Assembly: GCF_964204645.1 (NCBI RefSeq)
Contig: NC_134025.1
Location: 6,572,001 to 6,636,000 of the forward strand
Length of the DNA stretch: 64,000 nucleotides
Direction: 5' to 3'
Source: Tubulanus polymorphus
Lineage: Eukaryota; Animalia; Nemertea
The translations under genes and the position numbers were made by a program. The notes beneath the pieces are model-generated. The model did not search any database. It was not told the origin of the DNA and worked only from the letters and a program-made list of their open reading frames with translations. Every line of letters starts with the position of its first letter. Within the stretch, counting starts at the first letter, position 1. Shown here in pieces: positions 1 to 14,414 of this stretch.

Positions 1-1254
1 AGCAACATCGATGACGTCATTGATAAGAAGGATCAACATCAGCAAGGAACAGCGCTGCGCATATGCAGAAGTAACTGCAAAGCTGGCTGGACATCGGCTG
101 ATTAAATTCCTGGTCACACAACACCAGTACACCCATATCATATTACTTACTATACACACGATAGTGTTAGTGTTAGTATACGGCAACAAAACAGTTCTAA
201 GAATGGTCTGGATCCAGCAAAGCAGTAAAATGAATATATGACGTTTATATTTCGCTGAAACTAATATGCAGACCACTTATTGTACAGCGTGATAAATTGA
301 ACCCTCACCGCTATTAGATGCTCTTAAAGATAAGAAAGGTTCGGAAGAAATGAGCAAAACTTGTGTCTCGACGATACAGGGTCTGCCTCATACAGGGGAC
401 GTGCGTGATTATGAGGCTCGGTGTAATGGAAAGACCGTGTCGTCGTATGACGAGCAATCAGCATATAATGCATGTATATAAGGGAAACACAATCAACGAA
501 ATTCAAAGTTGTTAACCCTGGCAGTGATCTCGGATTCAATCACTATGGAAACGATATCCCAGGTACACCGGAATAAATCCTAATCTAACTTCACTCAGTA
601 CAGTACTGATCACACATTTCAAGCGCCTCCGGTCTAACCATCATCTGATCTTTTCAATGAGGTCCCCCTAGTGTTTGTCGGCGCTGTACTGCCAGGCCTG
701 CACCGATCTGTCTTGAACAGATACTAACATAGGGTGTTCTATTATACAAGCATCTAAACTAAATCTTGACTAGTAGAATACTTAAAATTCAAATAATCTA
801 TAGACATAAAGACATCAGAAGATCGGTGATATATTTGTGTCTCATGTCAAATCTTCGAATGATGCCACCTCATTACCTCTTACCGATGAGTTTGAGAGAT
901 GAAAATGTTGATCAATTTTTCATATCCAGATCATTTGAATTCACAAATGAGGTGTATAATCAGACGAAATTGTCATGATTTATTGAAATTTCATTTCAAT
1001 TTTTGCATCGGTGATGATATCGTGAAACACTTTTCATAAAAAAAACAGTCAATCAGTTTATCACCAACTGGTTGAAAAACGAGACAAACGAAATATTGCA
1101 ATCACCCGGTTACGCTTCTCTGCTGACTGTTTGTACGCATGAATTGAGCGATATCGCTTTCAATACTGAAAGAAGAACCGTGCAATAATATTTGCTAATA
1201 GGGTTTAATTGCCAGATGAATAATACACTCACATAGCATGTTAACCAAAGCCCC

Positions 1255-1540
1255 GAACACACGCGGACGATTTGGACCGGGTCAAACTGGGGCCCATATC
1301 AGACCCGAGCAATATTTGACCAGGGCTTAATTAGCGCGTTTACACGTTACAAACCACTCACTCAATACTAAACAACGCTGTGACGAAGAGAGACGCGTCA
1401 CTTCCAAAACCAGTAAGCATTCACTGGCAATGATTTGAGCCGTGCTAAAAGTTGGCTCAGGCCTGGTCCAAACTTTTAGGCCGGGCCAAATCTGGACTGG
1501 GTCAAATAGGCACGGGCCCATTTGGCACCTGTGTGAACTG
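1255..1540. mobile_element. MITE-like element with reiterated TTTGG(A/C)CCGGG(T/C)CAAA-type palindromic motifs
   Basis: Several imperfect palindromic units, with CACAC... and ...GTGTG near the ends. The left end recurs at about 10412-10470. Confidence 0.55.
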
Positions 1541-4184
1541 TTAGTCGGGGACCAAAACGCTAGCGTGATCGCGGCTCTAGTAGATTGCGGTTCAATACGC
1601 AGTTTTGTCTCGGTGTCTTTGACTGTTCATTTCTTCAAGGATACATTTACCCATTGAACCCGTGAAAGTGACATTAAAGTGATGGGTCTGTCGGTGTCGG
1701 GTGAAAGCGCTCTCTCCACTCTGGACGTCAGTCGTCCCATAATCTCTCACGAACACGCATAACAAGTGCGCCTACAAACATATTCATCATCATTTCAATC
1801 GACGAGGTATTGCCAGATCTGACAAAAGAGTTATCGCTATTTAATGGTGGATTTATTGATCTGACGCTAAGACAGAAAGACTGAGGGGAAGAGCGCGAAG
1901 AGTGCGGAGACCACCACTGCCATAACGGCTAAAGGCTATTCTGATTGTTACTGTGTGCGAGATGTGTTATATATTGGCATGCAATTAACTTGCCAAGAAT
2001 CGATAGTAATTCATAAAAACTTTATAAGGTCAAACAATCGGTCACAGCCAATTCGCTTGCATTCATCGCGCAGGGCTTGTAGCAGTCAGACTCAGTCAAG
2101 TCAGCACTTTTTCCACAATCGGAAGATGAGTTCCTGACATTTTTTCTAAATTTCGATAATTCTCTAATCTCACGCTCTAAATTTTGACTAAGTTATAAAT
2201 GGAAAGACACTACAGACCACGATAAAATTTGTCAATAGATATATCCTATGATGATATCGAGTCCAGAAAGTACTTTCTGCATTATCAGGATTTTACCAGA
2301 AAAGTAAGCACTTATCAGGGCCTATAATAAATACTTAAGTAAGGGCCTATACTTTTTCCATAAGAAAATCAAGGCTATATATAAATAAGCAAATCATTTT
2401 AAAAGATTTTCTCGTACTTGGTTTCCAAGGTGCTGGGGAACAGAAGAATAAAAAGATACGTGATCAAACGGCCTTGGAAGAGGTAGCATTGACTAGAGAC
2501 ACGGCAAGTAATATAGGAAATCAACACAGTCAAGGTGGTGGTGGTGGTAGTGGTCATAAATGTAGGGCAATCTTAGAACGCCAGGTAGCTATCCCTCGAT
2601 ATCACTAACTATGGACTCGGTCATCATCCATCATCTATACTTAGAAATCAATCATGAAAAAAGTTGTATGAAATGAAGTAAGTATCAGATACATATTGAG
2701 ATTCTGGTTGATTAACTGTTGGCGGCATTCAATGAAGGATACAGAGAGACACCGGCGCTGATTTCATTTGACTCACAAATTCCCATACGAGCAGCTGCCG
2801 AGAAAGGGAACCAGTATAAATAGGTTGATTACTCGCCTTTCCAAATGAATGCTGGAAAAGTCAGTCTATTGAATTTCATCCACAAGATTCATATATAGTC
2901 ATGAACGCCCTCGCGAATAGGACCTGCAACGACTAATGAATCTTTCAGGATTGTATCAGGACAAGCAAAAAAAAAAACCATTTACAATTATGTCAAGGAC
3001 AGTAGAACACTGGTATCATGTAACTGGTATCAAGTATCATTCGTAATGAAGGATCGTGGTTGATAACTGCATTATCATCCGTACATATTGTATGATTCTG
3101 CATGGTGATGGCGGTACACTTGGGATTTTCATTCTGAAAATGTTACATGTGTAAAACTGTGGTCCCGAGTGCTACAATATTTGCAACAGTTTTACAGACG
3201 AGTTCGATTCTAACCCAGGGGAGGGTTAACCAAAATAACAATCAATTGAATTTCGGTTGAAATCAAAATCGGCCGTTCAAAGCCGCTCCTGAGTTTCTTG
3301 TACGATTCATTCAATTTTTGAGAATAAAATCAACATTATTCTCTAAAAACAGTCGTGCTTCACAGAGGTTGGAAAACACTCCGCATAGCCAGATATTTTG
3401 ATATTCGATAACATTTAAGCACAATCTTTCCAGCCACCAGCGAACCGCCAATAGAAATCAATACAACATTCAGATGAAAAAAATTCAAGCGATCATCCGA
3501 CATTCACCGCTTTATTCTCGAGCAGAATACATCATCGAAAACCCTTTCGATACGAAAAATCAGCGATTTATGTATCGATGCACGGCGATATATCATCGAA
3601 AAACCGTTTCACAGAACGAAGAGATCTTCATCTCTTCCGACGAAGTAACGGAGAACAAAATAAAACCTGACATTCAAACTCAAATTGAATTGCAAATTCA
3701 CAAATCTGCATTGCATAAGAGCTGATTATTGATAGGACGGCCGTATTCTTGAATCTTAATTATGAAATCAAATAACGCTTGCCTACTGAGAATACCGATG
3801 AGTTGAGCACGAGTAGATTATTATTGTTTCCGAATTCATACGCGATACATACAAATTCATACGCAACGCAGATTTTGAGAACATAGAGCGCGATCGTCGT
3901 CATTGAATATAGAGCAGCAGTAACGTCATCGTCGATACAGAACCATCATAAAACATCCATAATATATAAATCCTTTTCTTGCATGATCTAACAACAGTGA
4001 ATGTAACATTTACTAGATTTCCCTCGTGTAAAGTCTGACACATTTATACTGAATTCATTTCAACTTTCATATAGCGACCTTCATATACATATAATATATA
4101 TATATTCATACATATTCCGAGCCCTAGTTTGTTCAAGGGACAAGTAGGATCTTGAAGCAAAATTCAATTTGAAAACATACTTAC

Positions 4185-7100
4185 AATTCTATAGCTTTGT
4201 TCCAATTGATGATATATCCTGACAATATAAATGATTCGATATTTACTATATGCACGTTTCCCTTCTCGGTGCCGATGTAAAGCCATTTGCTTTGGAAAGG
4301 TAAGTGGCAACACGTGATGCTGAAGAAAAAGAAAAAAATTTTAAAATACACGATTAGAGACACATTCGAAAAAATCCATGGAAATATGACAAATGTTTAT
4401 CTGAAACAGTAAAACTTTTCTTATCGTAATCAAAAAATGTTGAATGAAGTTCCCCCGAGTATGTACTTATCGATCAGTACTGCATTATTACCGATTTGTT
4501 GTCAGGCGAAATGTTGAAATCAGTAAAATTTATATCTAATGACACATAACTATAGACACAGTAATAGATAAATAAGAGTGAGTGAAGTTAATGGTGGCCG
4601 ACGGCATTGAGCTAAAAATACAATATTGAGTACAAATTCAGAAAGGCAGACTATCTCTTAAAAGGACACAAATGTTTATGTCGTAATTTTGCTGTAGGAG
4701 AGGCTGTAGATTCGGAGCTGAAACTTACATAAAAATCCACACGGCTTTTTCTCGGGACATTTTTTATTTTGAAAAATGTGTTTATTGTTCGCCGGAAATC
4801 TGTTTTTGTCATGTGCGCGGAATAAAGTGGAAAGCGCCGCGCCGCCGCAGACAATGTTTGTATTCATGGCAGCGCGCGGCTATAAAATCTCGTCGCATTT
4901 ACAGCAACTACATAGAGCATTAGCCGGGGACACCAACCACGTGTAGATAGAACCTGTAGACACACCAATATACGCTACCAATTTCAGTAATAAATGACCT
5001 AGTATTAATAGCAGATCTGATGCGCCAACAGGTCCAGATTACATTCACCCGGTCATTCACTGGATATTATTCCAGCTCACACATTATTTCGGTCGCTGCT
5101 TTTTTTCTACCAGTAGGATGGGAGGGTAATCTCTTTTTTCGGCGTCGAACCGGAATGTTTGCACCGATGAATCGATTGCAACGTTTTCCAACGGCTCGCA
5201 CGTGGAAACAAGACGCGGCGACGTCTTTATACGCAAAAATACAGCAGCCGCGCACGCGCGTTTATCGATTGTGGAAAAGAAATCCATTTCCTGAAGTTAA
5301 ACTGTTAGCGAGGGATAATGAACACGCTGAATATTTGATAAGGTGTCAAACAAAAAGACGCAGAATGTGGATTTACAGCTGCAAAATAAATAGCCTCTCG
5401 CTAAACACAGGCTGCGCCGATAACCTTCGTCGTAACTAGATTAGTCCCAATTCAAACTAGGTTCAGAAAGAAATCGAACCTATATTCTGTCAATGTTACA
5501 GTTTCTCTAGTATGCACACACCGAATCTATTACAAGATATGTATAGCTAGTTCAAGTTCAAGTTTGTTTTCCATATATATACATATATATGATTAAGAAA
5601 ATACAGAGTATACATTATTTTTCTCCAAGAAAGATTATATATCTATATATAACAGGATGCATGGAAGCCAATTTAGGAAAGTCCCATGCACCCTGACCCT
5701 AGAAAGCCCTGAATGTCTTAAACGAAGCATTCTAAACAACCAGTTCGCAAGTGCATTTGTCACTGTGGTCTCCGTATCATGAGAGTGGTGTGTGTATAAA
5801 GGCTACAGGGCTCAATCTCTATGTACAACTGCATCATCGTTTCGTAAGCATTGACGTCAATGCTGCTGCCACAACACAACGACAGTCTGTCACAGCGATA
5901 TTCACAGCGACGACGAGGCCTTTTTTAAACAGTAGCCCAACCGTTTTCGTAAAAAAAGAAGATATTTCCCCGACCGAATCGGGGCTGGGTTCTAAATGAT
6001 TTTCTATTTCCGTTACAGCGACCAACGAAAAACAATTTTTCAGAATCCGAGGAAGCTCTTCCGAGAAGTGATCAAGGCACTTTTTACCTCACCGGATATC
6101 AGCTTTAAGTTACGATTGCAAGTTATTGAATGAGAGAGGAACTTATCAAACTAACACGCGGCGATATAGAAATGATAGATAACGTTCCATTTTCATTTTT
6201 CTATTGTTTACATTTTTGGAATCAGTATTGATACTTCTTATCAAAGACATAGCTCGGATCAAAGCCTCGCTTTAGGCAATACTATAGCAACAACAGAGCT
6301 AGGCACATTCTAGTTGCAATATTCTACTATTTTTCCTTTCAGTTACCGAGTTCGGTTTTTCCCTACGAGGGATGAATTCTAGAACGTTGAGTGAAAGCCA
6401 GAAACGGAACCAACACAATGTCGGATTGAATTTCACGGCATATTACGTAATGTTTTACTCGCATCAAAATCATCTGAAAAAAAACATCAGGGCGGAGGAA
6501 CGTCATCGTTGTCATACGCGACCGGGTGGACGGGTGATGTTTTACGTAAGCTGAAACCAGTTTGTTCTGTCCGATCCAGGGTAGTTGTATAATATTAAGT
6601 GTCAACTGGTAAAGCACGCAGGTGCATACACCACAGACGCAGTGATAAATGCGAGATCATTTCCAGCACCACACATCGATTTTTTATTCCGATGATTGTG
6701 AAGGATAATTCATTCTCACAGTGCCACATCTCTTCGCGTCCTCTCTATTTCTCGGAAACGGCCCATAAACCACGTATCAACTACAAATTACTATTTAATA
6801 TGAAAGCATGTTTTGACTGCAGGCGCAATGAAAGTCATTACAACAGTCATGATGGTGAATTGATATCATTTCTCTCTCTCTCTCTGGCTAGAATCTCTCA
6901 TCTTCACGGCTCCTAATCCTACAGCTCGGTTCACGGTGAGCTAATGCTACGAATCTCGCTAACAAACCTCGCTCCGCATGAAAAATGAACGCCGCCGAAC
7001 GAATTATTGGTGTAATCTAATTTTCGCATGCGCGGAATGACGATTTACGTATAATTCAACTTTTCACGATTAAACTAAAATTCTAATGGTCTTTTAATAA

Positions 7101-10100
7101 CAATAAATTCCACAGATTCCGAGACACGGGGGGGGGGGATGAGATATTGAGATTTATACCTTTTGAATAAACCTCAGCGCCTGACCTAGATTCAGGCTAA
7201 CCACCAAAAAGGCGATCAATCCCAGACAGTTAAAAACTCCAGAATACAATATTGATAGTATAGAATGAATTGTCATGGTAGAGTATGAAGTAATTATAAA
7301 ATCTGACACATTCATGAACCATGAACTACCGGTGATGTATGTATGTAAGAAGCGTAGATCGATACATTCGAGAATGATGTAAGCGTACCGCGCCGAGGCT
7401 GCTGTCGTTCTAGACAATAACCAAGTCCCTAAAACCCAAAACAATTAACCATTTCATCGTGAAATGAAACCGGTCGTCCGCGCTACTGTTTTTACATATC
7501 AGATTGACGTCATTACAGCCTCACATTCATAATGCACTGTGAGAGCAAGTACTGGTAGTCGCTTTCAAAGTCTACTAACAAGGTCTTGAATCAACTGGTT
7601 CCGAAGCAGGAGTATAGTAGAGGCCTATAGTAGTACTTGTAATAATAGAGATAATCAATTCAAGTGATTACTTCATGGCTTACAATAAGACCAATGCACT
7701 TAGTTAGCCAGATAACTTTGTCAGTTACTAATCCAGTCGCACGAAAATCATAAACACAAGTCATATGTATATAAGCCCATCAAATGCTTGCATAAACATT
7801 AATCCATTTCAGACAATTTCGTATTACTAAAATAGGCCGTAACATCAGTAACATGGCAATCCTCAAGACTCCTTACTGTCTGTCCATATACATACGCATA
7901 TAGTTAATATATCGATTGGCAATTGTCAACAAGAATGTCATCTTCATCAAAGCAAAGAGAATTAAAAGCTTATACGTTGTCACAATGACTACTAGGCCTA
8001 CAGCATAACAAAGTACCAATAACTCACTATTCAATGGTTTAATTCATACGATTCAACACCACTTACACGACATAGATAAACAGTTTCTACCAAACTTCTT
8101 TGGATGAAATCAGTAAAGAATTCAAAAACTGGCTATATTCAACCGAGGGGTAAGCCACTTATAGCGGTACTTCTTCATTAATTCATTCCCATGCATTCAT
8201 ACCCTGGGTTGCACCCAAAAGGCAAAGATTAAGAATTTGGGGTCATGTATATTCTATAGTTATTGTTAAACAAAACTCAATGAGACATCCTAAAAATGAT
8301 TCATAACCGTGATATTTTCAGCTCAATTCCATCACCTCATGTAACTAACATTTTAGAGGTAAATAGAAACACTTATTGCAGCCACTGTGTAAAACCTACC
8401 TTTCCCTTTGGAATTTTAGGGAATGTACAACTTCTGGTCGTTTTTGTCGTATAGTCCATAAGTATAATGTATTATTTGAACAAACTGTCACTAAAGCACC
8501 CTGCAAAACAAAACAAAAAGCTTTGGATTGACTCATTCCAGTTCAAAACGTTTAAGGACCTTCATCAAGGACTGCTATGAACCTTGCCCTGTGTGAGTAA
8601 AAAGGGAGTAGTATGAAAGAAAAAAATGTGATAAGAAATTCAATCTTACACATTCAGAAGAAGCTTATCAATCTCGTCAGGTATTGAGTTAAGACTACAG
8701 TAACAGACAGATATTAGTATGCGATGTCATTAGCCAGGTGAAGATGTAACAAGTAGGGAATGAACTGACGAACATTAATGACCTAAAGCCCAATGCACAC
8801 TATGCAGTGAAACACAGAAACGCGCAAAGATGATTAATCTTGAAAAAAATTGTTTTTCGTTTTTCTCGTAAATGCACACCATACAGGGAAACACTCGGAA
8901 ACATGTTTCTTTCTCCTGTTTGCATGCGTCATATCCATTGGGGTAAATACAACACACCCAGACAACCCATAACAACCTTAAGAAGACTTTCGATTACTAA
9001 TATTTGCAGTTCAATTGGTATTAAAGAGGAGTCCATATTTTCGAGATGTATGAATAAATTTTTTTTTTCGAAAATCAGGAAGTTAGGATCTAGAATAAAC
9101 GTGTCTGCTGTGGAAACAATCCGATTCATATGAAATTGTAGGCTTTTTTCCCCGAGAAACCCGGATGTTATCGGAAAACTGATAGTGAATCATCATCGAT
9201 GTCATATATTTGTGGTTGAAGTAAAATGATTAGATAGGACTTGTTTTAATCACTGTCAGTGAGCTATCAATTAAACATCTTTCATCTAGAGACACCATGT
9301 CGTCGCCCAGTTCAATTAGCTTTCTCATCCAAGTGAGAAATATTGATGCCATCAATTTGAAAATGAGAAAATCCAGAGCCCTTCGCGACTAGCTTCGAGC
9401 TTGCCGGAGGGCAGCGAACGATCAAAATTAAAAAATCATCGTCAAATGAGAGAGAATTTGAGTGTTTCAATTGTTTGTATTAGTAGAGTTATTTATAGAT
9501 GGTTGGCAGGGAGTGTTAATATTAGTTCATTTATTGAAAATCTATAAACCCAATGTTGTATGAATATGGATTGATTTTTCGATGGATATCTCCGCCGCAT
9601 CTGCATCAACTAAAGATGAGGAGATGAAGAGCCGTTGCTGCAGCTACATATACAAACATCTTTTTGATGTGGCATACACATTTTTATCCGTGGCAAAGCG
9701 TTCACACCTGGACTGAATTCTATAGTTCTCTCATATTTTCTGGATGGTATTAGATTCTGGTCCTCGATCGAGTGGTTTAATACATCTTACAACTTCAGGT
9801 GTTCGAGCTTTAGGACCAAAACGGACTCAAGACTGTCTTAACTGAAAATCTGACCACCGGCTTTGGAAAATCTAATCATTATCAAATATGGATTACCGGC
9901 ATACATGTATTTTGATATATCTGTTCAGACCTCAGCAGTTGAAAAATACAAATTAGCTTGGACAAGAAAATACTCAACTTCAGTTAGAAATTATGAGCCA
10001 CAACCCTTCACTATTTAAACAGTTGTGAATAAACAACAGTTATGAGAATGACGCCATGTGTTTATTTGGACAGAAAATGGGTTAAAATAACGCTCAAAAT

Positions 10101-13100
10101 TTCCTATTTTTCATTAAATGGAAATTATTGATCATTTCATTTTTACGTATGCTTCTTAGTGGCAAGTCTAACCTTACGGATGACTCTGTTTCTTTTTGTC
10201 ATTTTCAGCTGTGAAACTACTGTAACGTCATATGAACCCCAGAATTCTGAGAATTCGTATTAGGATTGATATGATGCAACTCTATTAGCCCTTTGACCAA
10301 AATATTGTCACTTTAAAGTTCAAGAACTTAAGACAAAAATAAATCTAAAATTTCAGGTAATGTGGTTCCTGATGAGACAAACTTCCTTGAAGCTCCTTCA
10401 CTATAGTCCCAATCACACGGAGACGATTTGGCCCGGGCCAAATTGGCACACATCAGGCCAGAGTCAATTTTTTTTTTAAATTAAAAAAACACAATTTTTG
10501 GATTAAAGTACTGTTCTTACTTATAATAAAACTTACCTCATTGATAAGAAACAGTATCTGTATAATAGATGGATCACCGTCATGAGATACATGACAGTCT
10601 ACACCAGGTCTACCAAATCTGTACACAACACGAGTTAAAGACAATAAAATAAACACTACTAAAACTAAACAAGTTCCTTGGAGGAACCTCATTAAGAAAT
10701 GAAATGTTTCACATTATCAAATAACCAAGTAAAAGATTCAATCTCAACCTCGGATTCTAGATGAAGGGATTAATCTTTAGGTACTGACAATATAATTTGG
10801 CAGCCCATTTGTCTCCTTAAGAAAAAGTCATTGCCTTGAAATACAAGTTCTCAACATCAAATAGCGTTATCAGATCATAAATATTTCAGTAGCCAATATA
10901 AAAGTCATTAAGGGTTGCTTACGTTGACTCTGTGCATTTGCTGCTACAGCTGACTGTTTGATACCATGTACTTTTTTCCTGCCAGTCTCTAGTGGTGGCT
11001 ACGATCAATCAACAAATTTGCTCCTTACGGGCAAACACTTTGCGCATTATTCAACAAGTTTTCAGCGAAAGTTTGACTTTTTTAGGCTAATCAAATTTCT
11101 CATTTCATAGAACCGGTTCATCTTATAAACCGGTATATTTCGGTCTAACTAGGGTCTTAAATTTCTATCTAAGCTAATAGTATTCATAAGATTAAGCTAA
11201 ATTTCACCAATTTCAAGTGTTCCCTAAATGTACCGGTACGCACGCTTGCGTAATCCAAAGTAATGTCAAACCCCTTTGCAAGCGCAGCCTAATAGCTACA
11301 TTTTACATATTTCATGAGACGCGTTAAATCCCCCATCTGAAAATTGCGAAAGTCAACTTGGCCAGTCCTTGGAAATATTTTGTCGAGTTAGCAAGGTTTA
11401 TCACAAACCACATAGCACAGCTAAAGCAGACAGAGCAGTGCTGCTGTTAATTATCTGATAATCAAATCTGTACACATTGCCTCATTTTTCATGTAAATAC
11501 AACTACATCAAAGCGCATCAATAATAGAAAAAATAGCGGAGACAGGAACAAATAAATGCAAACCGCCGATGTATAAACTGGTGGTGAAAACTATAGATTG
11601 CGTCGAGTGGATATCGTTTAGTAGACATACGGGAACTGTGTTCGTATGAATTACTCATCAACGGGGAGATTTTCAAAAACATTTCTTTTCTTTTTTACGG
11701 AAGCAAACTGAGATAATTTTCCGTCGAAACATTACGCGTTCTAATTGTTCATGACCATCAAAAGACAAGCGCGAGCAACTTGGACCCAGACCGAGTATCT
11801 TCCATTCTTCGACCAGAATAAATAGGTCAAGCATTTAGGATTGACACGTATAAATCTTAAGCCACCGATAATCCAATCTAACGACAATACGACGCATACT
11901 GACGTCAACTGATTTACTCATTTACAACTTCTACGGGCTCTCAGCGCGGAGTCTCGTGTCAATCTATGATTGGAATATAACTGAAAACTTTTTCGTATCG
12001 CGAGGATCCCATATCGCTACCGACCATCAACCGCCGAATTCTAATAAATTTAAACAATTTTGCACCAGTGGATGCCGCTTAATAGTGTAACTTTCGTTGC
12101 CATGGTAACCCATCATTTTTGAATAAGAATGATATCCTGAGTGAATCAACAGTGCCCCAGAGCAGCACAGTGGTGGCGACAATGCTCATCTACCAAGACG
12201 TCAGCATCGGTGGCAGCAGCGCAAACTGATTTTTATCGATGCTACAAAACCGATCTCATTTACAAACTGATGCATCGATGAGTATCCATACACTCTACAG
12301 GAGCTGGTGAATACCTAAAAATTACACTTTCATCATGTCTCCGAGACAGACTCCCTCGTGGCATTTCCATCATTATCCGAATATATATGCTATGCATTAG
12401 TTTTTTGTAGCCCTTCATCTAACAAACTAAAGTGGCGCGGTGACCAAGTGGCTTAAACCAGGGCCAATTGCACCAAAAGTGGTCTTAAGCTGTTCGATTG
12501 GCTAAAACCAAGATCACTAAGATAATAAACTGCTTATAAATCTGAGTGTCAAAACAGTGTGCGACTGGCTGTTGGTGCCGGCACAGTTTAGTAAGTTGTC
12601 AGTTCTTCTCTAGCCTCTCTTCCCATTAAGACGGAAAACCAGCAAGTAACAACTCCGGTGGTGTATACGTTCTAAAAAGAATCTAACAAACTTGCTGATC
12701 ATGATTTTAATACGAATTAAAAGGATACATTCGTAGTGATCCATTTTTCGATCCGATCGCCAGTAGATGTTGTATAGGATCAAATGCCAAGCACATCGGT
12801 TGATACGGAAATCCATGACGTATAGTCTGAAATGTACAATAGAAAATGTGGTTAGGTCATGTATGGGTGAGCGCTCAGGATAGGCCTAGGCCAAACATTG
12901 TTTTTAACAAGAAAAGGTAGAATCCCGATATCACAAAAGTAAATTTAAGAGGCCAGTCATATTGCATAAATAAGTTTGATAACTAGAGGAAGAATGACAG
13001 GGTCCTCCTAATAACCAAGATGACACAATTTACCGAGATGAACCGAGATGAAATGAAGTATAGCATTTTTGTTAATTTCTTAACCGTTTTAACACTTGAA

Positions 13101-13965
13101 ATCATGTTATATCAGTAATAAATACCTTCTAGAGTCATATTTTACATATTTTGCCGAATATTTTGTAGAAAGAATATTTACTTCAAATACGTCATCTCGG
13201 TTAGCAATAAAATTTCATTGAATTTGATTGATCAACGATCTCATCTCGGTAAAGTTAAAAGTTATTTTTCTACAAAAATATCCGACAAAATATGTAAAAT
13301 ATGACTCCAGCAGGTATTATTTACTGATATAATATGATTTCAAGTGTTAAAATTGATAAGGAATAAATAAATATGTTAGGGCCTATATTTCATGTCATCT
13401 CCGTTGATCTCGGTAAATTACGTCATCTCGGTAATAAGAAGGACCGGAATAACATAAACTTTGAAGTAGATACTCTCGATGCAAGCGAAGAACTTTCTAT
13501 TTGAGATGACATTTTGACAGTTAAGATATAATAAGGGCCATGTATACCATGGCAACAAACCAAAGTGAAGGTTACGATGGTGGGTCAGGATGTTAAGATC
13601 AAAGCCACCACAGCACAGCAAGTTGGTTGAAGCGAATGATTCAAGATTATCAAAATTGAAGAAGCCAAAATTGTAATTGTAAAAGCAAAATAGGAGTGTG
13701 CACAATTTAAGCACGGATTTATTTCTGAATTGAAAAGTTCAAAATAATCAGCTGTCAAAATGCTCATTATGCATAGTCCCTGCATCATGATGCATGAGGA
13801 GGATAGAATAGATAACCTTACCTTGCAGACTTGGAAATGTTCAGAACGGAGGGTCTCTTCAATCTCCGTTTCTGGCTTCTGTTGATTACTGACGCTCGAT
13901 CTAATCCCATCGAGAACCCCCCGAAGTATGAACCTTTTCATCCTACTATTGTTTTTTGCCGACAT
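4185..13965 (-). CDS. STXBP5: Tomosyn / syntaxin-binding protein 5, coding exons 1-5 (13822-13965, 12729-12826, 10537-10618, 8400-8500, 4185-4319); gene continues beyond the window start
   Basis: Spliced translation MKRFILRGVLDGIRSS...EIEETLRSEHFQVCK / TIRHGFPYQPMCLAFDPIQHLLAIGSKNGSLRI / FGRPGVDCHVSH...ILFLINE / GALVTVCSNNTLYLWTIRQKRPEVVHSLKFQRE / ITCCHLPFQSKWLYIGTEKGNVHIVNIESFILSGYIINWNKAIE matches the tomosyn/Lgl-family N-terminal WD40 region. All junctions are GT-AG with compatible phases. Confidence 0.95.
5550..5700 (-). mobile_element. Probable 3' tail of a CR1/L2-like LINE or LINE-derived SINE
   Basis: On the minus strand a stem-loop (GGGTGCATGG...CCATGCATCC) is followed by AAACAAACTTGAACTTGAAC, a short-repeat tail resembling CR1/L2 3' ends. 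Confidence 0.4.
10412..10470. repeat. Fragment of the 1255-1540 element
   Basis: CACACGGAGACGATTTGGCCCGGGCCAAATTGG...ATCAGGCCAGAG aligns with CACACGCGGACGATTTGGACCGGGTCAAACTGG...ATCAGACCCGAG at about 1258. Confidence 0.55.
10619..12728 (-). other. U12-type (minor spliceosome) GT-AG intron, tomosyn intron 2
   Basis: Minus-strand 5' splice site is GTATCCTTTT (U12 consensus RTATCCTT). A branch-point-like TCTTTAAC lies about 15 nt upstream of the acceptor, and the polypyrimidine tract is weak. Confidence 0.85.
13000..13446. mobile_element. Long fold-back MITE with about 170-bp inverted arms and ACCGAGATG subrepeats, in tomosyn intron 1
   Basis: GGGTCCTCCTAATAACCAAGATGACACAATTTACCGAGATG... is mirrored by ...ATCTCGGTAAATTACGTCATCTCGGTAATAAGAAGGACCG. 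The inner arms also pair (AACACTTGAAATCAT / ATGATTTCAAGTGTT). Flanks GAATGACA / GAATAACA are a putative TSD. Confidence 0.85.
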
Positions 13966-14414
13966 TAAGACGGTTTTTGCAGAATCTGCACATTATTTGC
14001 AGTAAATTTTGTATCATCCCATGATTTCCTGGTTTCGCTAAATAATATTTCAGTGCATTCTGGGTAAATTGCATATTCTACTCCCGGATGTCACGACACA
14101 GAACGGGGCGGCTCCGTGAATATCAGAGTCAGGACGTCCACTGCGGCAGTGATCCAAATGGGGAACCGGACCATGACCGCGACAATCGAACACTAACCCT
14201 GGCAAGCAATATCAACGGCGATGCCGTGGAGATCGGGGCCTTACGCGCACGATGGCTTTGGGACCGTCGTGAAGTGAGCACTGGATTCTGTATCACTCGA
14301 TTCAAATCTATTTCATCACTCGATTCGGCAAATTTATTATAAATTTTTAGTGGTTTTTAATGTGTATTTTTGTTCGATATTGTTAAAAAAATAAATAAAT
14401 TCATAAATAAAATA

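Noticed and set aside
1106-1165. 60-nt AG...GT-bounded open segment on the minus strand (IESDIAQFMRTNSQQRSVT) as tomosyn exon 6
   Set aside because: It has no similarity to the expected tomosyn continuation (HPGPVVH...LLIG) and could arise by chance. Exon 6 probably lies outside the window.
5020-6916. Several 60-140 aa ORFs in tomosyn intron 4
   Set aside because: No domain signatures or coherent splice structure; consistent with random intronic ORFs.
14088-14342. GC-rich 84-aa ORF upstream of tomosyn
   Set aside because: No recognisable motif. It is better explained as the CpG-rich promoter/5' UTR of tomosyn on the opposite strand.
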